A stretch of DNA of 32,000 nt from Candidatus Brocadia sp. (GTDB lineage Bacteria; Planctomycetota; Brocadiia; Brocadiales; Brocadiaceae), in NCBI GenBank assembly GCA_021650915.1, contig CP091279.1:1830001-1862000 (forward strand), written 5' to 3'. Positions 1 to 9,237 of this stretch are shown in pieces (positions within the stretch are counted from its first letter, which is position 1; each line of letters starts with the position of its first letter). The position numbers were made by a program, and so were the translations under genes. The notes beneath the pieces are model-generated. The model searched no databases. It was not told the origin of the DNA and saw nothing but the letters and a program-made list of their open reading frames with translations.

Positions 1-438
1 ACTACCCTGGCAGGTTCCGCTATCTGTATCAATATTCCAAAAGTGAAAGGGCATTATGCTGATTTACTGGGATTCACCAAAGGGATTACCTTATTTTTCT
101 GGTCATTTGGAACGTGGTGGATACCCTTTTTGATCATTGTTGGAATATGGAAATACCTTTTTCATAAAACTCAGTTTAAATATAACCCTCTTTACTGGGC
201 CATGGTCTTCCCCTTAGGAATGTACACGGCAAGCACAATGCGACTTTCGCAGGCTATTCGGATTCCCTTTATCGCTCATATATCAAAATACTTTATCTAT
301 GCAGCTTACATAGCATGGATCTTTATCTTCATCCAGATGATCATTTCTATAATAAAAGCGGCTACAGCAAAAGAAGCCCCAAAAATGAAGGAAGAAAAGG
401 CATTGCAACCTCAGATGGCGGGTATTGCCAAAGACTAA
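1..438 (+). CDS. TDT-family (TehA/Mae1/SLAC1-type) membrane transporter, C-terminal part; 5' end lies outside the window
   Basis: Frame 1 is open from base 1, and the listed Met at 43 is internal. The TM-rich tail GITLFFWSFGTWWIPFL...YWAMVFPLGMY is paralogous to the C-terminal TM region of ORF 934-2223. Family assignment is from remembered motifs only. Confidence 0.6.
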   Translation, partial: TTLAGSAICINIPKVKGHYADLLGFTKGITLFFWSFGTWWIPFLIIVGIWKYLFHKTQFKYNPLYWAMVFPLGMYTASTMRLSQAIRIPFIAHISKYFIYAAYIAWIFIFIQMIISIIKAATAKEAPKMKEEKALQPQMAGIAKD

Positions 439-933
439 AGGGTCGCAGAAAAAGATGGGATAACAAAAAATTGATGTGATGTTTGTTTTCGACGCATTGG
501 ATAAAACCATATCCGAATTCGCCGTCTCTTTCATTTTACCCTTTAGCTAATTTCAGAACTCCCGCAATAAATTCCGGGAGTAAATCATACTCTGGCCATC
601 CGCAATGCCGGTGAATATTTGTCACCATTTTCTGCTTTGGATGAATTCATTCGAAGACATTTAGGGCTACTGAATCTGCCAGAAACAAGTTTGAAGTTTT
701 TACATGAACGCTTACTTCGGATTTTGGATGGGTCTTTTTCCGGTAACCCGTAGAATACTACGGTATAAAATCTTTTTTTTCCAAGTTTTTACAACCGCCT
801 CCCCCCTCACCTCCCTGAGTGCCGGGGTTGATTGTGGCCTATATCTCCGTATGATGTATAGTATTACTCTATAAAAACTCTTTTTTTCTGTAATCTTTTC
901 TTTGTGATCTTTGTGTAAAACTTTGCGTTCTTT

Positions 934-2223
934 GTGGTTGAACTTTTTTGGTTGCGGCTGTGCTGCGTTATGAGTATCTTTAAGATAGCAACGTATTCAT
1001 TGGATATCCGCTGGTTTACTGCCTCCATGGCCACCATGATGATTGCATCAGTCTCTCACGTGTATGGCCTCGAGGCGATTGTCCCATACTTCTTTATTAC
1101 AAGCCTCGTCATCTTCCTCTCTATCCTTGTCTTTCAAGCAATACGGCTTATCGTATTCTATAAAGACTCCGTGAGCGAATTGCTCAATCCTGAAAAAAGC
1201 CTTTATTTTTTTACCTTCGTCGCAGCAATCAATCTTCTTGGCGGTTGCTTATCCAAAATATTTCATTTCCACACAACGGCTAGTATCTTTTGGTACGTGG
1301 CCATTACTTTTTGGCTGGGTATTTCTCTCGCCTCGTTTAGCATCTTGTTCTTATATCAGAAATCTCAGGACAGGAAGATAGAGATACTCCACGGTGGCTG
1401 GTTCTTCGCTACCGTGGGCACTCAGTCTACGGCCTTCCTTGGGATAATTGTTGCCGAACATGCAACACAATATGTAACTTGTATTCATTTGTTTTCATTT
1501 GCCTTATGGTCTATTGGCGCAAGCTTATACCTCATCATTGCGGTGTTCATTGTCTTAAGACTGGTTTTTTATCCGTTCAGCAATGACACACCCCTGTCGC
1601 CGTACTGGATGAATACCGGAGCGGCGGCGCTCACGGCGCTCACGGGAACTGTATTGTACCAGCATATTCATATCGTAAACGGCCCCTTTGTGGATTTTCT
1701 TCCCTTTTTAAAAGGGATTTCCCTGTTTTTTTTATCTGTAGGTCTATGGTGGTTGCCATTCCTGGTGGTTTTGGCCATTAGAAGACATATCTCTCGTAAC
1801 GATAGCCTGGTATTTTCGGTCGGCTACTGGGAAATCGCCTTTGCCCTGGGTATATGTGCTTACAGCACGATACACATGGTTCGTTTATTTGGGGGACAAT
1901 ACCTTGTCGTAGCCTCAGTCTGTTTTTACATTTCCTGCATCATCCTTTGGTGTTTTTCATCGGTATTTACGGTTGTCCATCTTGCCAGATCATCGGTATG
2001 GGTGCCCGTCAACGATCTGACCATTAATTATGTGGTTCCCTCTAGTTTTAAGCTGCGTGGAAGTGTTTTTGAGGTAAAAAAGATTGTCAATGAATGGCTG
2101 GATCAGACTGTTCAGGGGGTATTAAGGAAACGATATTGCGTCGTTATCAACAACAATCTCACCTGCCTCATTTCCTACGACATGCTGGCAAAAAAGTGGT
2201 ACTTTGATCAGATCAAGGACTGA
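934..2223 (+). CDS. TDT-family multi-TM transporter paralog with a ~70-aa soluble C-terminal extension
   Basis: 429-aa ORF with about 10 hydrophobic segments. Motifs SPYWMNTGAAALTALTG and GISLFFLSVGLWWLPFL...YWEIAFALGICAY parallel ORF 1-438. The true start may be ATG 970 (MSIFKIA) rather than GTG 934. The tail from about residue 355 is hydrophilic. Confidence 0.6.
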   Translation: MVELFWLRLCCVMSIFKIATYSLDIRWFTASMATMMIASVSHVYGLEAIVPYFFITSLVIFLSILVFQAIRLIVFYKDSVSELLNPEKSLYFFTFVAAINLLGGCLSKIFHFHTTASIFWYVAITFWLGISLASFSILFLYQKSQDRKIEILHGGWFFATVGTQSTAFLGIIVAEHATQYVTCIHLFSFALWSIGASLYLIIAVFIVLRLVFYPFSNDTPLSPYWMNTGAAALTALTGTVLYQHIHIVNGPFVDFLPFLKGISLFFLSVGLWWLPFLVVLAIRRHISRNDSLVFSVGYWEIAFALGICAYSTIHMVRLFGGQYLVVASVCFYISCIILWCFSSVFTVVHLARSSVWVPVNDLTINYVVPSSFKLRGSVFEVKKIVNEWLDQTVQGVLRKRYCVVINNNLTCLISYDMLAKKWYFDQIKD

Positions 2224-2303
2224 TCGTTCACCACGCCATCCTTTTTTGAAAAGCACCAGGACAATTTTCCTTTCACGAAAATCCCTTCTTACATCAGACA
2301 TTC

Positions 2304-2353
2304 GGAGACCTTCTCAATGGAGAGCGACGAGACTCGTCGCCCTACAACCGCAA
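2304..2353 (-). repeat. ~50-nt hairpin-containing repeat, inverted partner of 4942-4989
   Basis: The reverse complement (gttgcggttgtagGgcgacgagTCtcgtcgctctccatTgagaaggtc) matches 4942-4989 with a few mismatches. Its core is the palindrome GAGCGACGA-nnn-TCGTCGCTC. Confidence 0.75.
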
Positions 2354-2559
2354 CATTGAAGTTCCTTAACATTACCTTCGGCTGGGGTTTTAAAAGAAGA
2401 AAACCCAACGACTTGTAGATACGCGGCAAATATCCGTCAAAAACACCCCCCTTGCCCCCCGGCTTCCCTAAAAATGGGAATCTCCTCGTCTCTCGCATGA
2501 CTAATTCTTGCCGCTCATCCTCCCTCCTTGTGAGACAAGATTGGCCCGTTACAATTCTG

Positions 2560-2613
2560 TTGACAACTTTTTGAAAATCTGATATTTTCCGACGTATGGC
2601 ACAACGTATGGCA
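2560..2613 (+). promoter_or_regulatory. Candidate sigma70-type promoter (TTGACA-17-TATTTT) followed by a tandem 10-bp direct repeat ACGTATGGCA x2
   Basis: TTGACA lies at 2560-2565, followed by a 17-nt spacer and TATTTT at 2583-2588. ACGTATGGCA occurs at 2592-2601 and again at 2604-2613. The site is about 220 nt upstream of the 2805 start. Pattern match only. Confidence 0.3.
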
Positions 2614-2804
2614 ATAATCCCCCTTCCGAAAACCCCGCAGGAAACACTTGCCAAAAAGGACGTTGATGCCTCTGTTGGAATCCTTATTAAATCGATGCTC
2701 ATCCTCCAGGCAGGCAAGGCAATCTCGGTTAGCGCTATCATTCGCCTTCCTTAAAGTGAGCAACACAACCTTTTTGAGATTTTTCATAAAACAAAGAGAT
2801 AACG

Positions 2805-4478
2805 ATGGCAAATCATGGCAAATATCTTGTGATCATCGGCGGCGTGGCGGCAGGGATGAAGGCGGCGGCAAAGGCGCGGCGTGAATCACCGGCTCTGAAG
2901 ATTACGGTGGTAACGGACGAACCTTTCATTTCCTATGCAGGCTGCGGCATGCCCTATTTTATTGGAGATATCATCAAGGACCAGAAAAAGCTCATCCTCC
3001 GGGAACCACCCTATTTTAAAGGCATGCATAACATCGACGTCCTTACCCGGCATCAGGCAACAGCCATAGATATAAAATCCCGACAGGTGAAAGTCCGGGA
3101 TCTTGAGAAGGAGAGAGACCTTACCCTTCCGTACGACAAACTCATCATCGCCACGGGTGCGCAACCTATCGTACCTCCACTCCCAGGGATTTCTTTGGAA
3201 AATATCTTCACCCTCAGAACGATCAACGATGTCTTAAAGATACGGGCATCGGTAGATAGCGGAAAGATGCGAACCGCCGTAATCGTGGGCGGCGGGCTTA
3301 TAGGCATGGAAATGGCAGAGAATCTGACCCTGCGGGGCATCAAGGTGACCGTCGTTGAACTCCTCGACCAGATCCTGCCCCCCCTGGATAAGGATATGGC
3401 GCTGATCGTCCAAAAACACGTAATGGAAAAGGGTGTCGAGATCATTACATCAGATGGGGTACAGGCATTTGAAGGAAACAGCAGCGGCGCTGTGACAACC
3501 GTATTTACCAGCAAACGACAGCTACCAGCGGATATGGTCATCCTCTCCATTGGGATCAGACCTAATACGAAACTGGCGCAGGATGCTGGTATTGCAACCA
3601 GCACTAGCCGCGCTATCAAGGTAAATGAACGGATGGAAACGAACGCCCCGGATGTATACGCCGTTGGTGATTGCGCCGAGAGCGTCCATCTGGTAACGGG
3701 AAAACCCGCATGGATAGCCCTGGGTTCAACGGCAGCCAAGATGGGCAGGGTTGCTGCCATAAATGCCACGGGCGGCAACGATGCCTTTCCGGGCGTGGTG
3801 GGAACGCTGATCGTAAAGGTCTTTGAACTCAATGTTGGAAAGGTGGGCATCTCCGAGCAAGAAGCGCTGAAGGAAGGGTTTCCGATTGAATCGACTATTG
3901 TCCCGGCGGGAGACAAGTCACATTACTATCCTGGCGCCAGGGATATTCTTATCAAACTCATTGCCGACAAGAACACAAGAAAACTCCTGGGCGCAGAGAT
4001 CGTCGGCGAGGGTGTGGCCGACAAGCGCATCGATATTATTGCAACGGCCCTGACCTTTGGCGCAACGGTGGATCAGATAGCAAAGCTCGATCTGGCCTAT
4101 GCCCCGCCCTATGCCATGGCCATGGATGCCATCATAGTGGCAGCAAATGTTTTGGGCAATAAACTCTCAGGAAAGACCGTGGGTATTCTTCCCTATGAGG
4201 TTGCAGAACGCCTGGATCGGGGCGAGCGCTTTGTATTGCTTGACGTCAGGACGGAATCTGAATATAAGAATGGACATATCAAGGGATGCAAACACATTCC
4301 CCTGGACAAGCTGGCTTCACGAACCCACGAACTCAATCGTTCCCAGGAGATCATCACGTACTGTCGCGCGGGCCTGCGCGCCGCCAACGCCTATCACATC
4401 CTGAAAAATGCAGGATTTCACAACGTGAAATACATGGATGGCAGCATCCTGGCGTGGACGCATGGGTTAGAAAAATAG
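2805..4478 (+). CDS. CoA-disulfide reductase family pyridine-nucleotide disulfide oxidoreductase fused to a C-terminal rhodanese domain (CoADR-RHD / persulfide-polysulfide reductase type)
   Basis: The N-terminus has the FAD fold VIIGGVAAGMKAA and the redox-Cys motif SYAGCGMPYF. A second dinucleotide fold is VIVGGGLIGMEMA, followed by AVGDCA. The C-terminal ~100 aa carry a rhodanese active-site loop, YCRAGLRAANA. Confidence 0.85.
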   Translation: MANHGKYLVIIGGVAAGMKAAAKARRESPALKITVVTDEPFISYAGCGMPYFIGDIIKDQKKLILREPPYFKGMHNIDVLTRHQATAIDIKSRQVKVRDLEKERDLTLPYDKLIIATGAQPIVPPLPGISLENIFTLRTINDVLKIRASVDSGKMRTAVIVGGGLIGMEMAENLTLRGIKVTVVELLDQILPPLDKDMALIVQKHVMEKGVEIITSDGVQAFEGNSSGAVTTVFTSKRQLPADMVILSIGIRPNTKLAQDAGIATSTSRAIKVNERMETNAPDVYAVGDCAESVHLVTGKPAWIALGSTAAKMGRVAAINATGGNDAFPGVVGTLIVKVFELNVGKVGISEQEALKEGFPIESTIVPAGDKSHYYPGARDILIKLIADKNTRKLLGAEIVGEGVADKRIDIIATALTFGATVDQIAKLDLAYAPPYAMAMDAIIVAANVLGNKLSGKTVGILPYEVAERLDRGERFVLLDVRTESEYKNGHIKGCKHIPLDKLASRTHELNRSQEIITYCRAGLRAANAYHILKNAGFHNVKYMDGSILAWTHGLEK

Positions 4479-4655
4479 GGAATCATTGAATGGTAAAAAA
4501 CCGCACAGTTTCTGCCTCTGCCTTGCACACCCCCCGTTCGACTGCGCTCACGACGAAGTCTCAGGTAGGAACGAAAGAAGTCCCCTCCTGGGAGGGAATT
4601 CAGGGGTGGGTTTTATCGTATGATAAAAAATCGCCAGGGTCTAATTCAAGGTATA

Positions 4656-4938
4656 GAAATTTCGTAACGCTTTAGTTTTTTGAAAAATCCCGAAGGGATG
4701 ACATGATTATAGAAAAAACGCACCACCATATTCAACCCCGTAGGGGTGAAATATCGAAACAATAGCGATACTATGCCACCCCTACGGGGTTAACCATAAT
4801 TGCATAACACTATGCTATAATCATGTCATCCCTTCGGGATTACAGAATCACTATTTTGTTCACTCGTAGTGATTGTGAGCGAAAGTACGCTGAATAGATA
4901 CGAGAATTTTTCAAAAAGCTAAAGTGTTACGAAATTTC
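4656..4938. repeat. Nested inverted-repeat (multi-hairpin) element with GTAACRCTTTAG-TTTTTGAAAAA-type termini
   Basis: Outer arms 4656-4688 and 4906-4938 match at 31/33. Middle arms 4687-4712 and 4815-4840 are a perfect 26 bp. Inner arms 4734-4748 and 4778-4792 are a perfect 15 bp. An extra hairpin, AATCACTA...TAGTGATT, lies near 4846-4875. The termini are shared with element 13327-13477. Confidence 0.8.
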
Positions 4939-4941
4939 AAA

Positions 4942-4989
4942 GTTGCGGTTGTAGAGCGACGAGGATCGTCGCTCTCCATGGAGAAGGTC
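4942..4989 (+). repeat. ~50-nt hairpin-containing repeat, inverted partner of 2304-2353
   Basis: Sequence gttgcggttgtagagcgacgaggatcgtcgctctccatggagaaggtc has the internal palindrome GAGCGACGA-gga-TCGTCGCTC. Confidence 0.75.
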
Positions 4990-5027
4990 GCCAAAGGCCT
5001 CATTTATAAGGGAAAATTATCATTATT

Positions 5028-5552
5028 ATGGACAAGAAAAAATTGTTTCAGGTATATCAGGAAATCTATGCAACCAATTTTGGTTTCATGTCATGCATAG
5101 AAAAGTGTGACGGCAGGTGTGAACAAAAGCCGTTGTCCGTGCTCTTACCGTATGAAGATGAATTTATCTTCTCGCGAAGCGGAAAACATCTCGGTAACGA
5201 AAGGCTTATCTTGCCGGGAGGCGCCCTCGAGATTATTGGTAATACCTGCAATTTCACCGACGGCGTACAATGCTTTATCCATCCGCACCGCCCCATTGCC
5301 TGCCGTTTGTATCCCTTCTACCCGAATCTGACCGTTGCAGGCGAACTCGAACTGCTCATCGATGATTACTGTCCGCTCACGGAATCCCTGGTAAAGGACA
5401 CGACCTACGTGTCGAACATCGTATCATCATTACACAAGCTCATTCCACTCATCGACAGAAATTACTGGCAGATGCTCAATGAAATACCATCACACCTCTG
5501 GGATGACACCTGCACGGCAAGGCGGGTATGCGTATTGGCAGAGGACTTGTAA
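5028..5552 (+). CDS. YkgJ-family Cys-cluster (putative Zn/Fe-chelating, CxxCxxCC-like) protein
   Basis: N-terminal Cys cluster SCIEKCDGRC plus C-x-F-x(n)-C-x-IH-x-HRP-x-ACRLYPF, the pattern I associate with the YkgJ/UPF0153 family. Confidence 0.6.
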   Translation: MDKKKLFQVYQEIYATNFGFMSCIEKCDGRCEQKPLSVLLPYEDEFIFSRSGKHLGNERLILPGGALEIIGNTCNFTDGVQCFIHPHRPIACRLYPFYPNLTVAGELELLIDDYCPLTESLVKDTTYVSNIVSSLHKLIPLIDRNYWQMLNEIPSHLWDDTCTARRVCVLAEDL

Positions 5553-5628
5553 CGAGCGGTTTCCGTCATACCTTCCAGACCAGCGCAAGGGCTGAAATTA
5601 TCCCTGACAGGGCTGGCTCTCTTCCGGG

Positions 5629-6951
5629 TCAGGGAGAAGAGGCCTGATAGCAAACAACGCCGGAAATCATTGTAAATATATTTTTCGATCCGGCATCGAA
5701 AAGCTGGCCATAAACACCCCTTGTATCGCCATCCGGCAGCCTGATGCCGCAAAGATCAGCCTCAAAACCCTCCCTGATCCGCCCCACCCGTAATTCCCAG
5801 CCGAGCGCCTTTGCCCCGTTTATCGTGGCCATAGAGATCAACGTCTTTGGTGAAATAGCATCGTGCAAAAAAAGAAATTTCATCTCATCCAGAATACTCA
5901 AAGTATCATTGCTGGCCAGGCTATCCGTACCCAGTCCAACATTGACCCCGCAGCCTAACAGCCTCGGCAGGGGGTGGTTTGTGTGGCCAAAAAACCGATG
6001 GCTCCTGGGACAGAATGCAACACTTGCCCCGGACGAACGAATCAGGGAAATTTCCGCATCGGTAATATAATTGCAATGAATGAGGAGAGGATGGTTTTCC
6101 AAAATCCCCGTTTCCTTCAGATAGTGTATGGGGGTAAGCCCCGGCGGTTGCCAGTCAGGAGGCATTGCGCGTAACTGTCGCAAAAAGGTGGGGAAATTGC
6201 CCGCACCCTTTGTCAGGAATTCAATTTCATCCCGTGTCTCAGCAATGTGCGTGCAGAGCGGCAGGCCTTTCTGACGGGCAAATTGAGCAACCAGCCGATA
6301 CAGTTCCTTCGACACGGAATAGGGTGCATGGGGTGAAAGCCCCACACAAAACAGATCATGCCGGCCGCGGATCTCACCCGCATCATCCCCCGGTTTACCG
6401 GGGGACACCGGGGGGTCGTTGATACCCACTGGCACTGCACCATCATAACCAAAACCAGCCAGTTCAGATTGTGCCTTCGCAAGAACGTCCTCTGCATGAT
6501 CAGGGTTCAGGTCGATAACCTCCTTAAACACAACCTTTCGCAAAGGACTCTTCCTTAACACCGAAAACGAATATTCCGTATTGGCAATATCGGCAACCGT
6601 TGTCGTGCCCGCCTCCACAGAGCAGCGAATCCCCTTTTCTATTGATGCGGTATAATCCGCCTCCTTCCAGCGTATCCTTGCGCCCAGCAACTGAAAGACC
6701 CAGTGGGTAAAATTACTCGTGGGTTTAATGCGGTTGTGCAGGTGGGTCAAATCGAGGTGGGTATGAATATTGATAAGCCCTGGCAGGATTACTGCGTTTC
6801 CCAGATCAATGATGGCATCGACATCAGGAAGCGTCTTGATCTCATCAAACGTCCCAACACGGTGTATCCTGGCATCCTCTACGGCAACCGCCCCGTTTTC
6901 AATACACCGTTCCGGTTCCGGAATAAGATATTTTGCCCGTATCATTTTCAT
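5629..6951 (-). CDS. Amidohydrolase-superfamily protein (chlorohydrolase / nucleoside-deaminase-like, MtaD/SsnA/aminofutalosine-deaminase group)
   Basis: 440 aa. It has the HxH metal motif (LINIHTHLDLTH), then SPHAPYS, HIAET and GLGTDS motifs in the order typical of this superfamily. Substrate cannot be assigned. Confidence 0.75.
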   Translation of the reverse strand: MKMIRAKYLIPEPERCIENGAVAVEDARIHRVGTFDEIKTLPDVDAIIDLGNAVILPGLINIHTHLDLTHLHNRIKPTSNFTHWVFQLLGARIRWKEADYTASIEKGIRCSVEAGTTTVADIANTEYSFSVLRKSPLRKVVFKEVIDLNPDHAEDVLAKAQSELAGFGYDGAVPVGINDPPVSPGKPGDDAGEIRGRHDLFCVGLSPHAPYSVSKELYRLVAQFARQKGLPLCTHIAETRDEIEFLTKGAGNFPTFLRQLRAMPPDWQPPGLTPIHYLKETGILENHPLLIHCNYITDAEISLIRSSGASVAFCPRSHRFFGHTNHPLPRLLGCGVNVGLGTDSLASNDTLSILDEMKFLFLHDAISPKTLISMATINGAKALGWELRVGRIREGFEADLCGIRLPDGDTRGVYGQLFDAGSKNIFTMISGVVCYQASSP

Positions 6952-7050
6952 AAAACACCTTTTTCCCGCTCAGGCTGAGTGATCTGCGCCGTTATCCGTG
7001 TAGGCATGTCGAGACGACGGACGAGAGACGAAGGGACGAGGGACGAGAAA

Positions 7051-7413
7051 TCAGACGGCTTTGCAGAATGTGTCAGCTTTTCGTTCCATCGTAATAAGCT
7101 TTGCAAAAATATGCTCATACTTTTCGTCCAGCATTTTAAACATCTCGTTGTTAATATATTTGCACCTTAACGTAAACTCCAACCATGTTTGAGTTTCTGC
7201 CGCTTCTTGCTCGGCATCTGTTAATTTATTCACAAATACAGCCTTATATCTCCGTCTTCTCCAGCCTTCTGCGAGGTTAACACATACTGATCTTGACGAC
7301 CTGCGTATTTGGTCGGTTAAGGAATAAATCTCTTCCTTCGGAAAACCTCTTGAAATCTCAAATATCTCCATTGCAGCTTCGAGCGCCAACTGATAAACCT
7401 CCAAATCCCTCAC
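7051..7413 (-). CDS. Four-helix-bundle protein (23S rRNA intervening-sequence protein family)
   Basis: 120 aa with LEVYQLALEAAMEIFEISRGFPKEE..SLTDQIRRSSRSVCVNLAEG, characteristic of this family. It is flanked by imperfect inverted GGGACGAG-rich arms at about 7000-7050 and 7420-7470. Confidence 0.8.
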   Translation of the reverse strand: MRDLEVYQLALEAAMEIFEISRGFPKEEIYSLTDQIRRSSRSVCVNLAEGWRRRRYKAVFVNKLTDAEQEAAETQTWLEFTLRCKYINNEMFKMLDEKYEHIFAKLITMERKADTFCKAV

Positions 7414-7653
7414 CCTATTAATCCTTCTCGTTTCATTCCCTTTGTCCCTCGTCCTTCATCCCTCGTTTTTTAAGTCGCAATCCCTTATTCATCAAGCCAA
7501 CAAGGCAATGTTCAATTATCAATGAAGAATTATCAGTTACTTTACTGTCGCTTTTGATTTTTTCCCGATCGAGAACAAAATCTTAACAATCTCTTTTGCT
7601 TCCGAGGTAATGTTTTTTATAAGTTCCGCTTTTACTTGTCCACTATCTTTTCA

Positions 7654-8969
7654 GGTTCTTCTCCCAATTAGTTTGCAAAAGCTTGTATAATTTTTAATGA
7701 AAAGTACCGTTCGTCATGAAATCCATAAGCTTTTCTTTTGATAACTTTGATCTTATTATTAACCCCTTCGAGTTTACTGGTATGAATTTTATAATCACAG
7801 TGATTCAAGATTCCGTAGCGGTATTTTGTAAGCATATTTGCAAACGTATTCACGACAGAATAGTTGAGCGTTTTCGCTAAGAGGCTCCATTCATCAATGG
7901 CTTTTCTCGCCCACGTCCGTGAGGTATAGGTCCAAATATGTTTGAGCTTATCTTTAAGAATCAGAACGGTATTTATGGTTTCATTAAGCGACAAGAGCTG
8001 TTTGAGATGTTCTCGATGTTTTTTCCTGCGAATATTTCGTTTGTTTTTTAACAAAAGATATTTTGAACTCTTTTTGGTATTCAGCATTTCGCACCTTGTC
8101 AATAACTTTACCAAAACTTGAAACCACATGAAACAGGTCAAAGACTATCTTAACATGAGGCACGTGCTTTTTTACTGCATGAATATAAGGATCCCACATA
8201 TCCATGGCAATGGCCTCAAGCGCCTGCCTTTGTTCCTCTGTCATACCCGCAAAGAAGGTTCCCAGCGTTTCTTTTGTTCTTTCCTTTCCCACCCAGACTA
8301 CGCGGCCACTCAGATAGTCCAGAACAACAGTCAAATAGCGCTGTCCCTTCTTAACAGAGATTTCGTCTACTGCCAGTATGCGAAGATTCTGATAATCTGT
8401 CTGCGCGTATTGTCGTTCCAGAAAAAACTTGTCGATGGTTTTTACGGTTTTCCAGTTAATTCCAAAATGTTTTGCAACTTCGGTTACGGTTAACACTTTA
8501 CACAATTCGTGAATATACGCTGCTAAACGATGCGTAACACGACTGTAGGGTTGAAAAAACCCCAAGCCTTCAACTACAATTCGATTGCACGGCTCACAGG
8601 CAATCTTACGATACGAACAATGTATCCATACGCGAACTGAACCAGGATTCAGATCCCGCAAAGATCGTTTGTCATGACGGTAAATGCGCTGTGCTTTGCT
8701 GCCACACGCATGACATATTGGACGAAATCGTTCATCGGGCACGGCAGTAAGCTGAGATATCTCAGCATCAGGAAAAACAGTTTGCTTCGTAATTCTTACC
8801 CGCTGAAAAGGAAAATATGGTAATATACTTAATGGGGACATTGCTGGTCTCCTGTAAATAGTTTCTATAACGGTATATATCTATCTATAGGAAACACCAA
8901 ATGTCCACTCTTTTCAATGATTTAAAGGATTTTCTTCTCAATTCTTATTGACTAATTGGGAGAAGAATC
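7654..8969 (-). mobile_element. ISL3-family insertion sequence
   Basis: Terminal inverted repeats are GGTTCTTCTCCCAATTAGT (7654-7672) and ACTAATTGGGAGAAGAATC (8951-8969). They enclose an ISL3-type transposase. No clear target duplication was seen. Confidence 0.8.
7668..8841 (-). pseudogene. ISL3-family transposase split by a frameshift (ORFs 7984-8841 and 7668-8141)
   Basis: The N-terminal ORF has the zinc-finger CHACGS...CEPC and AVDEISVKKGQRYLTVV. The C-terminal ORF has LLLKN...LEGVNNKIKVIKRKAYGF. The frames change near the A-run CCAAAAAGAG at about 8060-8075. Confidence 0.8.
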
Positions 8970-8981
8970 AGAAATAAAGAT

Positions 8982-9203
8982 TTGAGAAACTCTTTATATG
9001 GCCCTGTGAAAACTGAAACAGAAGCAAAGAAACTCGGCGCAAAAATAACCCGGATAATAAGAAAACTTATGGCTCATAAACTTATTGCGAAGATACCGCG
9101 TTCAAGTAGATATAAAGTCACCAAAAAGGGATATCGAATTTTAGAGGTCTCTCTCAAACTCAAAAAGAAAGACTTCCCGCTACTTCTGAAAAAGGTTGCC
9201 TAA
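8982..9203 (+). pseudogene. C-terminal fragment of a transposase-like gene apparently interrupted by the ISL3 element
   Basis: The reading frame is open right up to the ISL3 end. The motif LIAKIPRSSRYKVTKKGYRI resembles C-termini of transposase-like proteins I recall. No search was done. Confidence 0.3.
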
Positions 9204-9237
9204 AAACTTCCTAAAAAAAGAAGTTTTTATGGAGTAA

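Noticed and set aside
749-780. Small hairpin CCGTAG-aata-CTACGG followed by a T-run, a possible terminator
   Set aside because: It has a short 6-bp stem, an 8-nt gap before the T-run, and lies 300 nt from the nearest upstream stop codon. Evidence is insufficient.
2289-2811. 150-aa and 98-aa minus-strand ORFs, and a 78-aa plus ORF, in the intergenic region upstream of the CoADR gene
   Set aside because: They overlap one another, carry no recognisable motifs and span the hairpin repeat and the promoter-like region. Treated as non-coding.
3053-3916. 287-aa ORF antisense to the CoADR-rhodanese gene
   Set aside because: It lies entirely within a well-supported sense gene. Its composition is Ala/Ser/Thr/Pro-rich with no motifs, which is typical of an antisense shadow ORF.
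4490-4675. 61-aa ORF downstream of the CoADR gene
   Set aside because: It runs into the nested-hairpin element, has low-complexity sequence and has no SD. It is more likely untranslated repeat or 3' UTR sequence.
7450-7653. Possible upstream continuation of the transposase-like fragment 8982-9203 on the left side of the ISL3 insertion
   Set aside because: Only about 40 codons are open, with hydrophobic low-complexity sequence, and no target duplication links the two flanks.
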